From Heptranchias perlo (lineage: Eukaryota), in contig NC_090344.1 of assembly GCF_035084215.1 (NCBI RefSeq), positions 52,142,001 through 52,206,000 on the forward strand: DNA of 64,000 nt, read 5' to 3'. The notes under the pieces were generated by a model. The model saw only the letters and a program-made list of their open reading frames with translations. It was not told the DNA's origin and did not search any database. Shown in pieces: positions 24,581-38,403 of this stretch (position 1 is the stretch's first letter; each line of letters opens with the position of its first letter). The position numbers and the translations under genes are program-made.

Positions 24581-27500
24581 ACATCTCAAGCACTGGCAGC
24601 TCTCCTTTTTATCTCTACCGTAAAGACGTACTGTTTTTCAACCTGAGAGCCAATAGCTAGCTGTGTAGTCAAGGCTCCCATGCAGGCAGTAAACAAAGGG
24701 TTAAAGCTGTGCATACCCAGATCTCAGTAACTGAAAGGAACCAGCAGAGCAAATTCTCCTGGTGATAATTTTACCAAAAATAATGAAGAAATGGAATTTC
24801 CTTTTTTTTTAAAGAAAAACTTACACAGATTTATCCAAAGAGAAATATCATCCCCTAGGGATTTAATTACTGCCTTCCGCAATTTAGGTTTATTTTGGGA
24901 CGTGTTCTACAACTAAGAAAGCGGCGAGATTGTGGAACACAGCGAGGTCTGAATGTATTTTAACACCTTTGTCTGTTGATATGTTCTACTGCCATCCTCT
25001 CCATGTTCAGCAACCACTTCACATTAGTATAGTTACAGTATCAAAGGCAAAACAGGCTACAGCAATTTTTTAAAAATCCAGTCGTGTAAATTCATCAATC
25101 CTTAGAAAAGGCTCGTACTGTCTTATTAACCTTTTTGAAACTCCATTATTAATGTCTGACTGACAACAGCAAAAACAAGTAAGGATAATCACACCAAGGT
25201 TCTTTCATCCATTGCTTGACTCTTCCCAATACCCCCAACTTTTAATTTCTTTTCACCCTTCTATTGTTGCATTCTCCAGCCATGAGCCAACATGCTGATC
25301 TTCTCCCACACCTCTATGATGTTGCAGTGTCTGAGAGATATTCATGTCAATGCATTTCTTTCCTCTTCATGCTTCATTTCTTGTTCTCCTCCCTCCTTGT
25401 TCCATTTACTTCCACCAGATAGCCAGCCATAGCAGATGCAATAGAACAGCTTGAGAAGTCTTGCCCTCCAACTGTCTCCCCCACCCCCAACATCACTGTG
25501 TAGCAAAAGGAGGCACATTTATGCACCCAACTGCTCTATCACACAGTGTATACATTTAGAATGATCCACTATTCAAATTAACATTTCATGTAATGCTGAG
25601 TGTTAAGTGCATCTTTCAAGATCACCACACCAGTTGCTGTCTGAGCAGCACTATGAAAGCTTCATGAACAAATTTGTTTGATTTGGTTGTTTAATGCAAT
25701 AATGAGAAACAGGTGGGAGGAGAGGAGTCTGCATGGTTTATAGGTTATACACTATATAAAAATTAAAAATTTGCAGCCTTTTGTAAAAATATTGAACCAA
25801 ATCCGCATTATCTATATAATCCACTATCCTGTTAATTGTACAATGACATTATCTGTAACATACATTTGAAAATGGTCATAACACACATTATATAAGATAT
25901 ATAATTATAGAGGTAGAGGAGGACCTGTAACATAGAAGTACAGAGATGGGAAAAGGCCATTCGGCACAACCCAGCAGTGTCGGTGTTGTACCTTCCACTC
26001 AAGCAAACAGAACTCAATGGAAGCTTTGGACTCTGCAGTAAAACAGCACACATTAGGCAATGCCAGGTTCTGTTTAGAGATTGCAGAGAATAAACATGGA
26101 ACTTACACACAGATCAGGAAGCTTACTGATCAACATGGAACTGTAACTAAACAAAAACAAGATCTCAGAAGTATAGATCATCCACAAACGTGACACTGCC
26201 CATGAGTAACAAGGTTGAGAAAGAGATAGTTTCCACTGCAGCCTGGACTCAGTCACAAGCCGTTCAAAGATGTTGTCAACACCAGTACCATATACAAAGC
26301 AATGCAATGACTGTACATGTAGGAGACGCATGTCATCCAACATATGTACACATGCTGTTTCTCAACGAACACTTGCAGAATAGCTTTTCTCATTTCAAGT
26401 ACCAAGTCCACTGCCACGTTGGGCACGACCTACCCATCATAAGACATGATCTAGCCCAATATTATGTGAAATTCAACCTGTGCCAAGATCAGAAAGCTGC
26501 ATTTCAAACCAGCACAGATACAATTTAGTCCCACCTCTAAGGAAGTCTTGTGGCGATCTCCTGTAACAAAGGACACATTCTTCTTCCCAACTACTGGCTC
26601 TTCTTCACATTATTTTGCATTCATTTCTAAAATGTTTGAGAAAGTTTGGATTCATATGAACAAACTTCTGTACATATTATAAATGAGGTAAAATGTGTAA
26701 AAGCATGTAAAACATACTGGTAAATTATTGGGTTACCAGCTATCCAGTTTGGCAAATTCTACAGAAGTGTTCAAAAATAACTACTTATACCAGAGCAATT
26801 AGCAGTATTCTCACAACCTAGAAGTTTACTGGAGTCCTCCATCCAAACTTATAAAAAGTGCCAATTATTCTAGTCAGTTTCAATTAAATTCGAGCTCCCC
26901 CCCCCCCCCACATAAACTTCACTTTGTGCCATCTCTATGGTTAGTTTGTGGTGGATTATCAAAATTGGCAGTTAATCAAGAGTTTTGACAGCCCCTACTT
27001 GGGCTGGCCTCATGATCAAACTCTACTTGACCCATCAACACAAAACTGCTTTCCAGTGCCAAAAAAAGACCCAACACCATAAGATGGAGTCCAGTGCTCC
27101 TACAAGATCCAGTCAAGCACACATAACACACCCAACCCAAAGTTGCAATTCAGCAGTTAAAAGATGTGAGCCAAACAAAATCCCAGCCTTGACTGGAAGT
27201 GACAGCCCAGCAGTTTGATAATAAACCCTGATTGGTAAAGGTCCAATTTGCAAACAGTCTTGAATGCAAATATTAGGAGGATGGACAATCATGAGCTCCA
27301 GGTTTATTGAAACAGAAAGACTGATGAGTAATATATTAAATGCAATAATCCCAGGTGGCCTGCAGTTCCCCTTTAAACCCCAATGAAATACCTGATAATG
27401 CTTCAACACACTAGGTATTGTAGTTGAAAATGTTTTGCTTGTTCTTACTAATTTATCACTACAATATTGAGATCTTGTGTATTTGTCATTTTCCATTTTA

Positions 27501-28424
27501 ATAAGATAACAGTAAACTTACCTTTATAACCTTCCTCTACTTCCTCCAACAGTATACTGTAAAATGACAGCTAAATCACCAGTTCCATGTGATGGCTGCA
27601 ATGCACCAGTGGATTATATGCAGCATATCAATATTTCCTGTATATTCTGAAAATAAACTAGAATAAACCTGCAATTCTGCACCAACAATATCAAACATCC
27701 ATGGTTTTTAATTCTGAACTGTCCAACTTTTAATTCATTGCAATACAATGTCTGCTGTATTTTAAGAAACAAGATAAATAAAGTAGGTATCCTAAGAACA
27801 GCACACACTGCACTGGTAGAGATGCCACATTATATTACAAATAAGTTGTATGGTGGTTTGCACCAATTGTACAGAAGCTGTGTTCCAAGTACTGCTGCAA
27901 ACAACATACAGCATTCACAACCTGTGAGACACACAATGCCGTAGAGAACCAGGTGAGAGTGTAGTGTTACCCTCTATTCAACGTACGCCATATATACAGG
28001 AGCTATGACTCTCACACACAAACATTGAATAGTAAATGCTTGTGAAGGGTCAGCTTTTACCTGGTGTATACTGTACATTACACAAGGCAGACAGAGAGTG
28101 GGTCACTAAGATTTGGGTTGTTCCTTGTTGGCTTTGCAATGAGTTCCTAGCCATATAATCTATAAACGGTACTTACTCATTTATCAAACAAGCTAAAGGG
28201 CATTGTTTCGAAAATATCAATACAATTAACATTGGAAAAGGACCAATTTTGACAGTCATTGTAATTTGTCTTGTTTGAGTTGACCTATACATCTGCATCC
28301 CTTTGGTCTTGCTAGTTTTATAAACGGTATTGATTAATCAATCTTGTGTAATATTTGTATTTAATATTCTATTTTTATTCATTATTAAATGTCGCAATGC
28401 CACACCAATGTGTCTTCAAAGTGC

Positions 28425-28430
28425 TTTATT
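28425..28430 (-). terminator. Candidate POLB polyadenylation signal
   Basis: AATAAA on the minus strand (plus-strand tttatt) about 245 nt after the POLB stop. A second copy lies at 28374-28379. Confidence 0.55.
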
Positions 28431-28673
28431 GATATCACTGCACAGGACCTTATAGAAAGGCTGGTCTCTACAAATACATTTTAACTTCATGCACAATATA
28501 CTAGCCATATATGCATAAGCAATGTTCTGGAGTAAAGGAATTGGGAATTGAGAAATCCTTTTGAATATTTCACCTAGTTCTACACTTATCAGGACTCATC
28601 GCACTCTCATTCCCACAGAACTGCAGAGTACTTTTTGTGTAAAGAGATTCTGTGGGTGACCCTCAGGTGGCAT

Positions 28674-28768
28674 TCACTCACTTCGCTCTCTCGGCTCTCG
28701 ATATTGCCACTCGATGTAATCGAAGATGTCCTTTTCACTTTCCACTGGAAGTGGTTCACCTGGCACTC
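28674..28768 (-). CDS. POLB: DNA polymerase beta, last coding exon (exon 14 by human numbering)
   Basis: Minus-strand acceptor ttaactgcag. Encodes (G)[30 protein letters not shown], versus human [31 protein letters not shown]. 95 bp of coding sequence. Confidence 0.97.
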
Positions 28769-29352
28769 CTGCAGTTAACACACAGCAGGATATTAATGAT
28801 ACAAACACCATGCCACTGAATACAATCAATTTAGGGTGGAGCTGGGCATTCATTTACAATATTCAAGCTAAACTGTGAACCAAAAATAAAAGCTACTTTA
28901 ATGGTACATATTTTAACTTCAATACCCAGCAATTTATTAGCATAATTGAGATTAATCAAGTCAATAATTCTTTACTGTTAAGGGCGCCATCAGACAGTGG
29001 GCACTGCACCAAGGGTGTACTGGTAAACGTGTGGTATCTTGTTCAAGTGGGCATTCTTCATGTGTGAGACACAACAGGCTATTCGATGGCAGTATGGGGG
29101 GGGCATTACAGCTGAGCCCTGAAGTTTACGCCTGCATTTCCCAGCAGGAGTCACCAGACAATGATCAAGAACAGCAACTCTGAGTGATTCGCTAACGCAG
29201 CACAGACTAGATATTAAACCTGGGAGCTTCATGGTCTGTAAGACTCAGTACGACATTGGGATTTACCCATCAGTCCATCAAAGAACCGTAATTCTTTTAA
29301 ATTATATATCTAACTATAAACTATGAAATGCATACATCAGTTCAATTAATAT

Positions 29353-29742
29353 GAAAACAGAAAATGCTGGAGAAGCTCAGCAGGTCAGGCAGCATCTGTG
29401 GAGAAAGAAACAGAGTTAACGTTTCAGGTCGATGACCTCTCGTCAGAACTGGAAGATGTTAAAAGAGTTAGAATTTTTAAGCAAGTACAGAACCAGGGAA
29501 AAGTGGGGGAGGAGGGAGGGAAGGGACGGGAGGAAAGAACAAAAGGGAAGGTCTGTGATAGGGTAGAGGGCAAAAGTGATTAAATGACAAAAGGGATGAT
29601 GGTGCACGGCAAGGAAGGTGGTAATGGAACAGGTTAAGAAACAAAAAAGGTTGGTCAGGAGTAGCTGTACATGGCAGCAGCAGAACCATTACCAGCACTT
29701 GCTGTCTGAAAAAATGGGGGCAATGGTTATCATCTAGTTATG
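29353..29742 (-). mobile_element. 5'-truncated Penelope-like element with 14-bp TSD
   Basis: AGTTCAATTAATAT at both 29339-29352 and 29743-29756. Contains the hammerhead motif at 29414-29450. Confidence 0.75.
29414..29450 (-). ncRNA. Minimal type-I hammerhead ribozyme motif
   Basis: Minus strand AGUU-CUGACGA-G-AGGUC-auc-GACCU-GAAA-CG-UU-AACU: stem I, CUGANGA core, stem II, GAAA and a palindromic ACGU stem III. Confidence 0.7.
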
Positions 29743-30769
29743 AGTTCAATTAATATACTGATCTTACCCCACAAATTAATGTATTTAAGAAAGAATATTT
29801 AAAAACTAATTGTGTGTGTAATCACAGCATGATGTTTCAAGATGGATAAATGAAATGTTAACATAAGCTGAAAATTTCCTGTGCTCAGGTCAGACCACAC
29901 AGTGGGGTTGATTTTAAACTTGTTTCGCCTGGCATTAATGGGGTCGTAGCCTTACTGCCCCTGTAACACGTGATAGCCCAACAGAGTTAAGGGGCAGGAA
30001 GAATGCAGTTCATCCACAGCAGACTGACTTCAGCATGTCCATTTACCATCTACAAGCAGAGATTATTCTGACACAAGGCTCTTCCACATTAAATCACTAA
30101 CCCAATAAGTTAATCATATTTTTTTTCAAAAAAAAATAATTACAATTCATTAACAGTTGGACAGGAAGTGTTCTAAAAAGGTAGTTTACTGACATTAATA
30201 GGCTGGTTCTTCCTCCTTTTACTATACAATGAATAGTAGAAAGTGCACATTCACCAAAATAATTTGATATTTTAAAATTGATAGAATTTTCAATGGATTA
30301 ACAAAAGTAAAAATCACTCACATAAGACTGGTTCTAAGTCAAAGAACTTGAAAGATGAGTGCAGTTATATTTTTCTCATGAAGGCCTTAGATGAACTATG
30401 GACACCATAACACTGCTGGTGAAGAGAAGTGAGGAATCCAGTACAACACAGGGGCAAGGAAAAACAAATATCACAATTCCTTGCTGCCAAAGGGCTTAAG
30501 TGGACTTTATCGCTGTGAGTTTTGCCTTGCTGCCATTCCAGATAAATCCTGAATTACGAAGAGTACAAAAAGTGAAGAAGGAACACTCTTAATCAAGAAG
30601 TCAGTTTAAGGACATCAGGCTTGATCTCCCACTCAGGATCTACTCTTGGTCACAAATCTACATCTCAGCCAAGAATCTGTCAATGCCTAAAAATTAATCA
30701 ATAAGTTTGCTGACATTCCATCACAGGCTAAAAAGAGATTTTAAAAATACCACATAGTGCTCTCCTAAT

Positions 30770-31140
30770 TGCTCAGTGTGCAAAGCACCAGCCAGACTGG
30801 GACCACAACATCTCAAGTTCCATCCTCAATTTTGCTGAGCTAGTTAAACTCAGCCAGGGCAGCAATTGGAGGTGGCTACAATTGACCTCAATGGCCTTGC
30901 AAGGAAAGGCATGAAAAACCTGAGGGTTCCACACTTCTGATGGCTGTTCAGTGAGCCTCATTGGAAACGGCACACATGTGAACATTGGGCGAGGACAAAA
31001 TCAGGCTCAGCTATGCTACTCTCCACAGTTGGATGGCCTGGTGAACTCAGTCTAGGTTGACACATTCATGTAACAAAAAGCTGCCGGTGCCTGTGGAACT
31101 ACTGTAGGAAAAGAGGAGGGAGAAATATTGGAAGGGGGAA
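30770..31140 (+). mobile_element. Ancient SINE-like repeat (related copies at about 18620-18760 +, 19860-20160 -, 49100-49460 -, 51190-51490 +)
   Basis: Shared motif ctcagccagggcagcaat...tacaattg among diverged copies. Family not identified. Confidence 0.5.
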
Positions 31141-31159
31141 CATTTCAAAATGCAAATAC

Positions 31160-31365
31160 CAACAACTTTGCCTTTAACAGAAAAATGTCCCAAGGCACTT
31201 CACGGCAGAAGCAAAATCAGACAAATTACAGAGCCAAAGAAGGAGGTATTCGGAGGAGTGACCAAAAGTTTGGTCAAAGAGGTGGGTTTTAAGCAGGGTC
31301 TAAAGGAGGAGGGAGGTGGAGAGGCAGTGAGGTTTAGGGAATTCTAGAGCTCAGGGCCTAGATGG
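31160..31365 (-). mobile_element. L2-like 3' remnant
   Basis: atgtcccaaggcacttcac...ttggtcaaagaggtgggttttaag...gggaattctagagc is the reverse of the tail seen at about 18845-18910. Confidence 0.5.
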
Positions 31366-33364
31366 ACTACCTTTACTTCATCCTTCAAAAGAGACCTAAA
31401 GTCCTCCCATCATAGCCCCCAGCATTCCTTCCGTCCCAACCAAAGCATGTTTCATGGTCATCACACAGAACAACAAAAACATATGGGAGGGTAAAACAGA
31501 GCATGGTGTTCTCAGTCATTGTGTCATGGTGTTTTGGGGTACAGCTTTAGACCCATGGTTGCCCACAAACAATCACCATTTCTTGACTGTCAGCAGGAGG
31601 AGGTCCCATGGTGAATCAATGCACTATCATTGCACAGATGATATGATCAGAGGGCTAGATACTCCAGGCTGACCTCGCACCTTCAAGCAGGCAGCTGAAG
31701 AACAGAGAACCTTGGCAACAGGTTGCAAAATTAAGGAAGCTAAGAAAATAAAATTAAGACAGGACAAAGCCATACCTCTGCTGTTTGCCTTTAATTTCAC
31801 AAAGATAATCAGCAGCTTTTAACTAATGTACATAAAAACATATTATCTGTCCTTGCTCAGTACTAAATGCGCTGACCTCAGATGGACTACCAGTGAGACA
31901 CTAGCAACACCACATTACAAAGGCAGAGTCCAAAGATGAAATTGACTCGAATTCCTGTTCTTGATCAAAATCTAGCCACTCTCCCCACAGGACATGTGCG
32001 GACACCAGATGAAGATTAGCTTAGCCATGATGACCCCTGTGATTGAAGGGATTCAGACATGAAGCATGTCCACTTGGAAAAGATACCAGGGGTCAACTGT
32101 ATCAAAGAAAGCATAGCCCAGCATAAACCTCCTCTCCTGATGGCAGAGGTTTAAGTGGAGAAAATGGGACAGAAATTTGAAAGTAGAGTGAGCAGAATGT
32201 GGGGTAAATTTTAAGATTGAGTGCTCTTAGCGCGAGCTTCTTTTAGATGGAAAATTATATGTCTGTGTATTGGTCAGGGTGATTGGCACACCAAAATCCC
32301 AAAGTGCACTCCTGTCGTGCAGGACAGTACCAAGGTTAGAAAAAGTAGGAGAGGAGAGTAGGTAAATCAGGACATAGTGATTGGGTTTGTAGGAGGAGGG
32401 CACGATTGAGGGGGATGAGGAGTTCCAAAGTTTTGAGGTCATGGGAAAGAATGTGTTTGAGTAAGAGATGGTGCGATGAGCGAGATGTCGGGTGGAGGAA
32501 GAGAGTATAGGTCAATGTACTTGGAATTTAGAAGGAATAAGTCAGGAAAGTTGAGAGAAGCACCGACTATAGTAATGCATAATAAAATAAAGATAAAAAG
32601 GAATTGTGATGGACCATATGCATAAGAATACTGGTACGGGATGCAGGACAATCAAGGAAATTCACGGTCAATCTCAGTGTCTCAAGTAGTGTAATAAACC
32701 AGTGCAAATAAAGGTTTCATACAAAGGGTCTGACATTCATAATGAGATGCCTGCAGAGTTGATTGAAATTTCCGAACTTATGTACAAGAATATATTAAGT
32801 TTTGTTGAAAGATGACAGAAATTAGTTTGACGGTTTATTGAAGCTTTGACATTATTTAATGCAACACTTGCAATACTTTTAAATACCTTCGGGGGGAAAA
32901 GGCCATCTTTCACATCACAAGCCAGTTAGTGGCAAACAACAATTTTAACTACTTTTGCAACAATACTCAGGGGCAGTTAATGCTGTAATGGCCATCTGCA
33001 CTATGTCATAGGCCTCCATCATAAGTTCCTCCTAGAGAGACAAGTATATTATTCTGCAATGGAACCCTGCTATCCATTTGTAGAGAGGAATCATTTCCAC
33101 CAGGTGCTGAAGGATATTCCAGATGTTCAAAACCTAGTCTGAAAACAGCTTTTTTCTGCTCTACTGAAAACTCCAACTCTTGTTGGCATATGGTTCCATG
33201 GACAGTATCTTACATTGACATGTACAACTGACAAATTCCCATACAATGGCCCAAAATTAGCTGCTTCCAAAGGGAAAAAATGGGATAGTAAATCTACATT
33301 GAAAACCCTTGCACTCCTTCTTGAAGCAAGTTCAAGAATGCCATTGCCCATGCAATAGGCTGGC

Positions 33365-33727
33365 AACAGATCATGAACGATTTTGATAGATTAAATAAGG
33401 AGAAACTGTTTCCAGTGGCAGAAAAGTAGGTAACCAGAGGACACAGATTTAAGGTAATTGGCAAAAGAGCCAGAGGCAGCTTGAGGAAAGAAAATTTTAC
33501 GCAGCGAGTTATGATCTGGAAAGCACTGCCTGAAAGGGTGGTGGAAACAGATACCTTAGCAACTTTCAGAAGGGAATTGGAGAAATATTTGAAGGGGAAA
33601 AAATTGCAGGGCTATGGGGAAAGAGCAGGGGAGTGGGACTCGTTGGATGGCTCTTTTAAAGAGCCGGTACAGACACGATGGGCCGGCTCTTTCAAATGAC
33701 CTCCTTCTGTGCTGCATCATTTTATGA
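33365..33727 (+). mobile_element. CR1 3' fragment
   Basis: ORF 33481..33699 (FTQRVMIWKALPERVVE). Same family as 3935 and 61130. Confidence 0.8.
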
Positions 33728-36700
33728 AAGGCCCTTACTCGGTTTGGAAATGCTTTGTGGGGTAGGAAGGTGAGAAGTACAAAATTCTGAAATTAAGAAA
33801 AAAAACCAAATTATCGAAGTTCCTTATTGCACTGGTGGAGCCCATAGAAGGTTAAAAGATGGAGCTTTTGGAAAGCATTGTGGTACAATTTAAAATAGAG
33901 TCTGGGTAGGACATGCCGAGATACCACTTAGACCACTTAGTGACTGCCTTGTTTATCTCATTAGGGAAGTATTTTGATTGAATTTAATTATAGGCTAGTG
34001 AGGAGTTGTGAATCCAACACATACTTTTGTTGAAAACAAAAAGTTGCGTGTGCAGAGAGGCTTTCTAAATTGTATCTTATTATAGGTGTGCTTCTGAGAT
34101 TACAAGCCTCTGCAATACCCTGGTACACTAATTATGGGTCAACAAAGCTCCGTCAAGGTCTGCAAATAGCCCAGGACTGATCGGCAGTACAAGCGATCCC
34201 CATACCTCTTTGTGAAGCTGCCTCCAGTCTTTGGCACAAACAGCACATCATACTTTGTTTACATTACATATAATTATTCACAGTTTTATTGTGAGGACTT
34301 TTAACTCTTTAGCAGCTGCTGGAGCAATTCTGCATCCAAATAAAAACCAAACAAGAAAACAATTTGGGGAATTACCCAAAGAATATTTTGAAATAAGGCA
34401 GGTCTTGAGAGTCTGTACAGTACCCTAATTCACCTTTATTAATATTCAGCGTCGGAAAATTATCGGTGACTAAAGTCTCCCATTTCCTGATCGTACTCTT
34501 CTAGGCCATCATCTGGAGTCAGACTATTTTACTTTTGTAATGAAAGGATGGTCAAATAACTTTTTTACTGTTTACTTTTAAATTAGCAGAAAAAAGTAAT
34601 ACTTGAAACAACCTCCTCCTAACTATGCCTGCTTGTTTCTTGTGCTCCATTACACTGAACTATTGCAAGTTGCTGATGTGGAGCACTTTTACTTTTCTAA
34701 TATATTTAATAAATATCATTGCTGAATTAGGTGGTAGAGGTACAGTTCTGAGATGCTGATACAATTCCAACTTTTGCATGGATTAATCTGTAATCAATGC
34801 AAAATTTGGAGGTCTGATGCGGATTTTACACCGGAAAGTGGTCAGCTGCGAGTTGAATTTCTCTCCCCAAATGCATGAAGATACTGCTTAAATTAGACTG
34901 CAACTTGTAGTATTGTACCTATAGTGTCTCTCTATAAGTACTGACCTATTAAAAAAGTCAATCAAGCATAAACTCTCAAGAAATCAGAAACATATCACAG
35001 AAAGACAAGTTTGTCAAGTTCACCCCAAGATTTCTTTGAATGAAGAAATGTTGAAGATTCTGCGCTTTATAGTCATTTGAAACCAACTTATTTTCAGATG
35101 TTGTGTAACAGAAGAGGAGTTTGTATTTTAAAAACTGGAAGGGTGCTATACTCAGAGGGGTAAAGGCTAACCTTACTTCAGAGTAAAGACTATCGATAAA
35201 CAGAACCGCTAATTTACATCGGCATTTCTTATTGCAGTACTGACTTAAAGATGAAAGTTGTCGGTTAATATAATATCTGATCTACCCGCAGCAAAAGCAC
35301 CAAGAACAGCTGATAAAAAATGTTCCGCTTTTAGCTGAAGAATGATGAGCTAACGTGATCTCAAAATTCCAGAGACTGGCACAAGACATACATTGAAGGA
35401 AAGAAAGAGGATTCTCAATGCTCTTCCGAAAGGAGTTGTTCTTATTTAATTAAATCTTATATTGCAGTGTGCTCTTTTGGAACTGAACACGCATTTTTGA
35501 AGAATAATCACAACATCCCAGATCTACAATAACATATCATTTCATAAGGAAAGAATATAACAAATTGCTGCTGAGATTAAACCCCCAAAATGCAAGGACA
35601 AGGCAGATAAATACCTTGATGGAACTTTGGTCTTAACTACCATTAAAATTAAACAAGCCATCAGAATTTAGGGATATATACGATAATTATCCCTAAAAGT
35701 AAATTGAAAAGTTTGTGTTTAAACCTGGAAAGGTCAGTGTCACCATGCTGCAGTTTTGGACGAACCCAGCAGCAGCATGCTCATTTTCCACGAGAAGAAC
35801 TGCATCTTCTTTCTCTCCTGTTAGCTTGCATCAGTCTAGAGCATGCTTTCAGTTGCCTACATCATGTAAAATGTGCAAAATAAAACTCCATGGTGGAGAA
35901 TTTGCCAAGGATGCAGCTAATGATACGTCAATTCCTTTCGGCACTATATTTCGTGGGACAGTTGTAAGCATTTATTATTTAGTTTATTTTATTTGTTCCT
36001 TCCAAGGTTATTTTGTTGATTAGAATTGAAGTTTTCTGATTGCAAACATGGTTTCATTGTTGAATTGAAAAGTTGACCACAGCTGATTTCACCTGCTTTT
36101 TGACCCAAACTCAGAAAATGGAACCCACAAATCAGAATGTTCAAAAGGGAAGTGGATTTGCAACTCTGATTGATAAAATCTGTAAAATATAACATGTTGC
36201 ATTCTTATAAATGTTTCATAATTTCAGCAAATGCCCGTCTACCTGAACCTGAACCAGAAGAATCACTGATATCAATCTCTTTGGGTAAAGTTGCAGTCTG
36301 ATCTGCTTCCTGCACATCTATTGCCTTTTATCACTGCATTCTGTTTGGAATCTTTATCCTCTATAACACGGGGACCCTGATTTTCCTGCCCCCACATCCT
36401 AGCATAAAAGTCGAGCAGTGCACTTTTTGCAAGCACCCAACTCCACCTTGGCTGATGCCAGCCACATTTTTGGCTTCAGTTATTTTAAATATGTCAGGCA
36501 AGTGCCAAGCAAGACGAGAGCCTGAGAATTAATACTCACTCCAATTCAGGGGTGGGAACGAGTGAACTGCTGCAGGCATTAAATGAAGAATATCACATGT
36601 AGCAATGCAAATGGTTTTGTGGGCTGTTGACTGTTGTCAGAGAGAGAAACTAATCGCCTCCAGGCTGCAGTGCAGCCTGCCAGCACCTAAGAATTTTTTT

Positions 36701-38263
36701 AAAAAACGTATCTGTGTTGCTCATTGCTGGCTATCCTTTACAGATCCTCCAATCTGGAGGGGCAGTCCCACAACTTCAAACACCCAACTTCCATGGGCAG
36801 CCATCCAGCGCAATCCCAGGAAAATGAGATGGGTGACATGATGATGTCACTTCAGTGTTGCCTGCATTCAATTTAAATGCTGTTGTGCAGGCACAAGAAT
36901 CTCTGTAGTGTGCTGGAACTCTGATTCAGCAGTAAGGAGAGGGTGGGTATTCTTTCCCCAACAGTTGCCTTTGGTCACTGCACTCATGTCTCAACGTTAG
37001 TCATTTGCTTTATCCTTCATTGCTCCTGATATGGGGAAAGGGCAAGGAACTAGGACTCGAGTAGATAGCTTCAGTTGAAGAGCTAGCATTGCACTGATGT
37101 CTGAATGGTCCCTTTCTGTGTTGTAACTTCTATATCTGCATATCATTGACTTTATTTAAAGGAAGCTTCTCAAAGACGTCCCACACTTCTTTGGATGAGG
37201 TCGTGCATTTTTCATTAGCACCGTTTCCCCATAGTTATTGAATAACAGCTTGACTGAGGATAGTCCTTTCTTAATTCAAAATGGTGAGGCATTATGGCCC
37301 ATGAGCAGGACCAAATAGTTTTATCGTGGCTAATACTTCAATACCCTGAGGAGGAGGAAATCTCAAGAAGAAATATGCCAATTGGATTGAATCGCAATTT
37401 CTGCAACCTCTGACACTTGGACAGAATTCATCTCTAAACCTCCAAGTCCTTCAACAGAAGAACAAAAAAACGGAGCTCTACTAATTTTCTTTCTGCATTC
37501 CCTCCAGCAGAACAGTCAAGTAAAGCCTCGCATATGCATTTTGTACAGGCTCCAGTAATATTTGTGTAGGGTATTATAGTTAACTGATTTTGCACTGTTG
37601 CAGATGAAACTGATTAGGCTAACCAGCACACTCCTGCCAGCCTTCCCCCATCAGATCTACACCAAGATCCAGCATTGCCAACACTGGTAATCTTGTTAAC
37701 TATTTATTGATTTTGCCTTATTCTTTCAACTCTCTCTCCTTTCAACACACATTAAAACAATACTGCAAAATCGATAAATAGCTAACGCTACGTCCCTTTC
37801 CTTGCACATTCTGCAGATTAATCATGGACACTTTGATTTGATTTTTTTTTTAATAAGACTTGTGAAATATCTTAAAATTGAATACTTTTGCCTTTTCTAA
37901 CCAAATGTGTGCAATAAAAACACAAGCTGATTCGATTTAGCTGTAAGCACAAAGTGACATTTTCTTCAGAAACCCATGGCTCACTCCACTAAAAGGGTAA
38001 AATTAGTTCAAGTTGTAAACTCCCCATCAGGGTGACAATAATGCCCAACTTACACATTTGCTTAATAATATTTTGCCATTCAAGACTTTTTTGAAACACA
38101 ATGATCATCTGCTAGTAGAAACTTTATGGGGTTTATTAAAAATAAGGAGATATTTATTTTGTATTTGACCAACATTTTTTAAACATAAATCTTTATCAAT
38201 TTAGTAAAGAGGCATTCAAAGCTCTTGATAACACTAAGGCTTCCAATATCATTCAGCTCCTAC

Positions 38264-38403
38264 CTGTGCTTCCCAGTGGGCGAATGGTGTACTCATTCAA
38301 TGTGAAGCCTTTTTCCAGCGCCTGGGTTCTCATGTTCTTGTTAAAAAGGTCACTGCCAGTGAAATAAAGCACACCACAGAAATACTGATCTTTTGGAATA
38401 AGC
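38264..38403 (-). CDS. POLB: DNA polymerase beta, exon 13 (dNTP-binding helices)
   Basis: cctcctgtag|...cacag|gtagg, 140 bp. Encodes (R)[46 protein letters not shown](G), with the Pol X YFTGS motif and the N279, R283 and E295 equivalents. Confidence 0.97.

Noticed and set aside
36255-36300. Minus-strand ...EIDIS... resembling POLB RIDIR
   Set aside because: Wrong position (between exons 13 and 14) and no proper donor. The real exon 12 is at 57227-57291.
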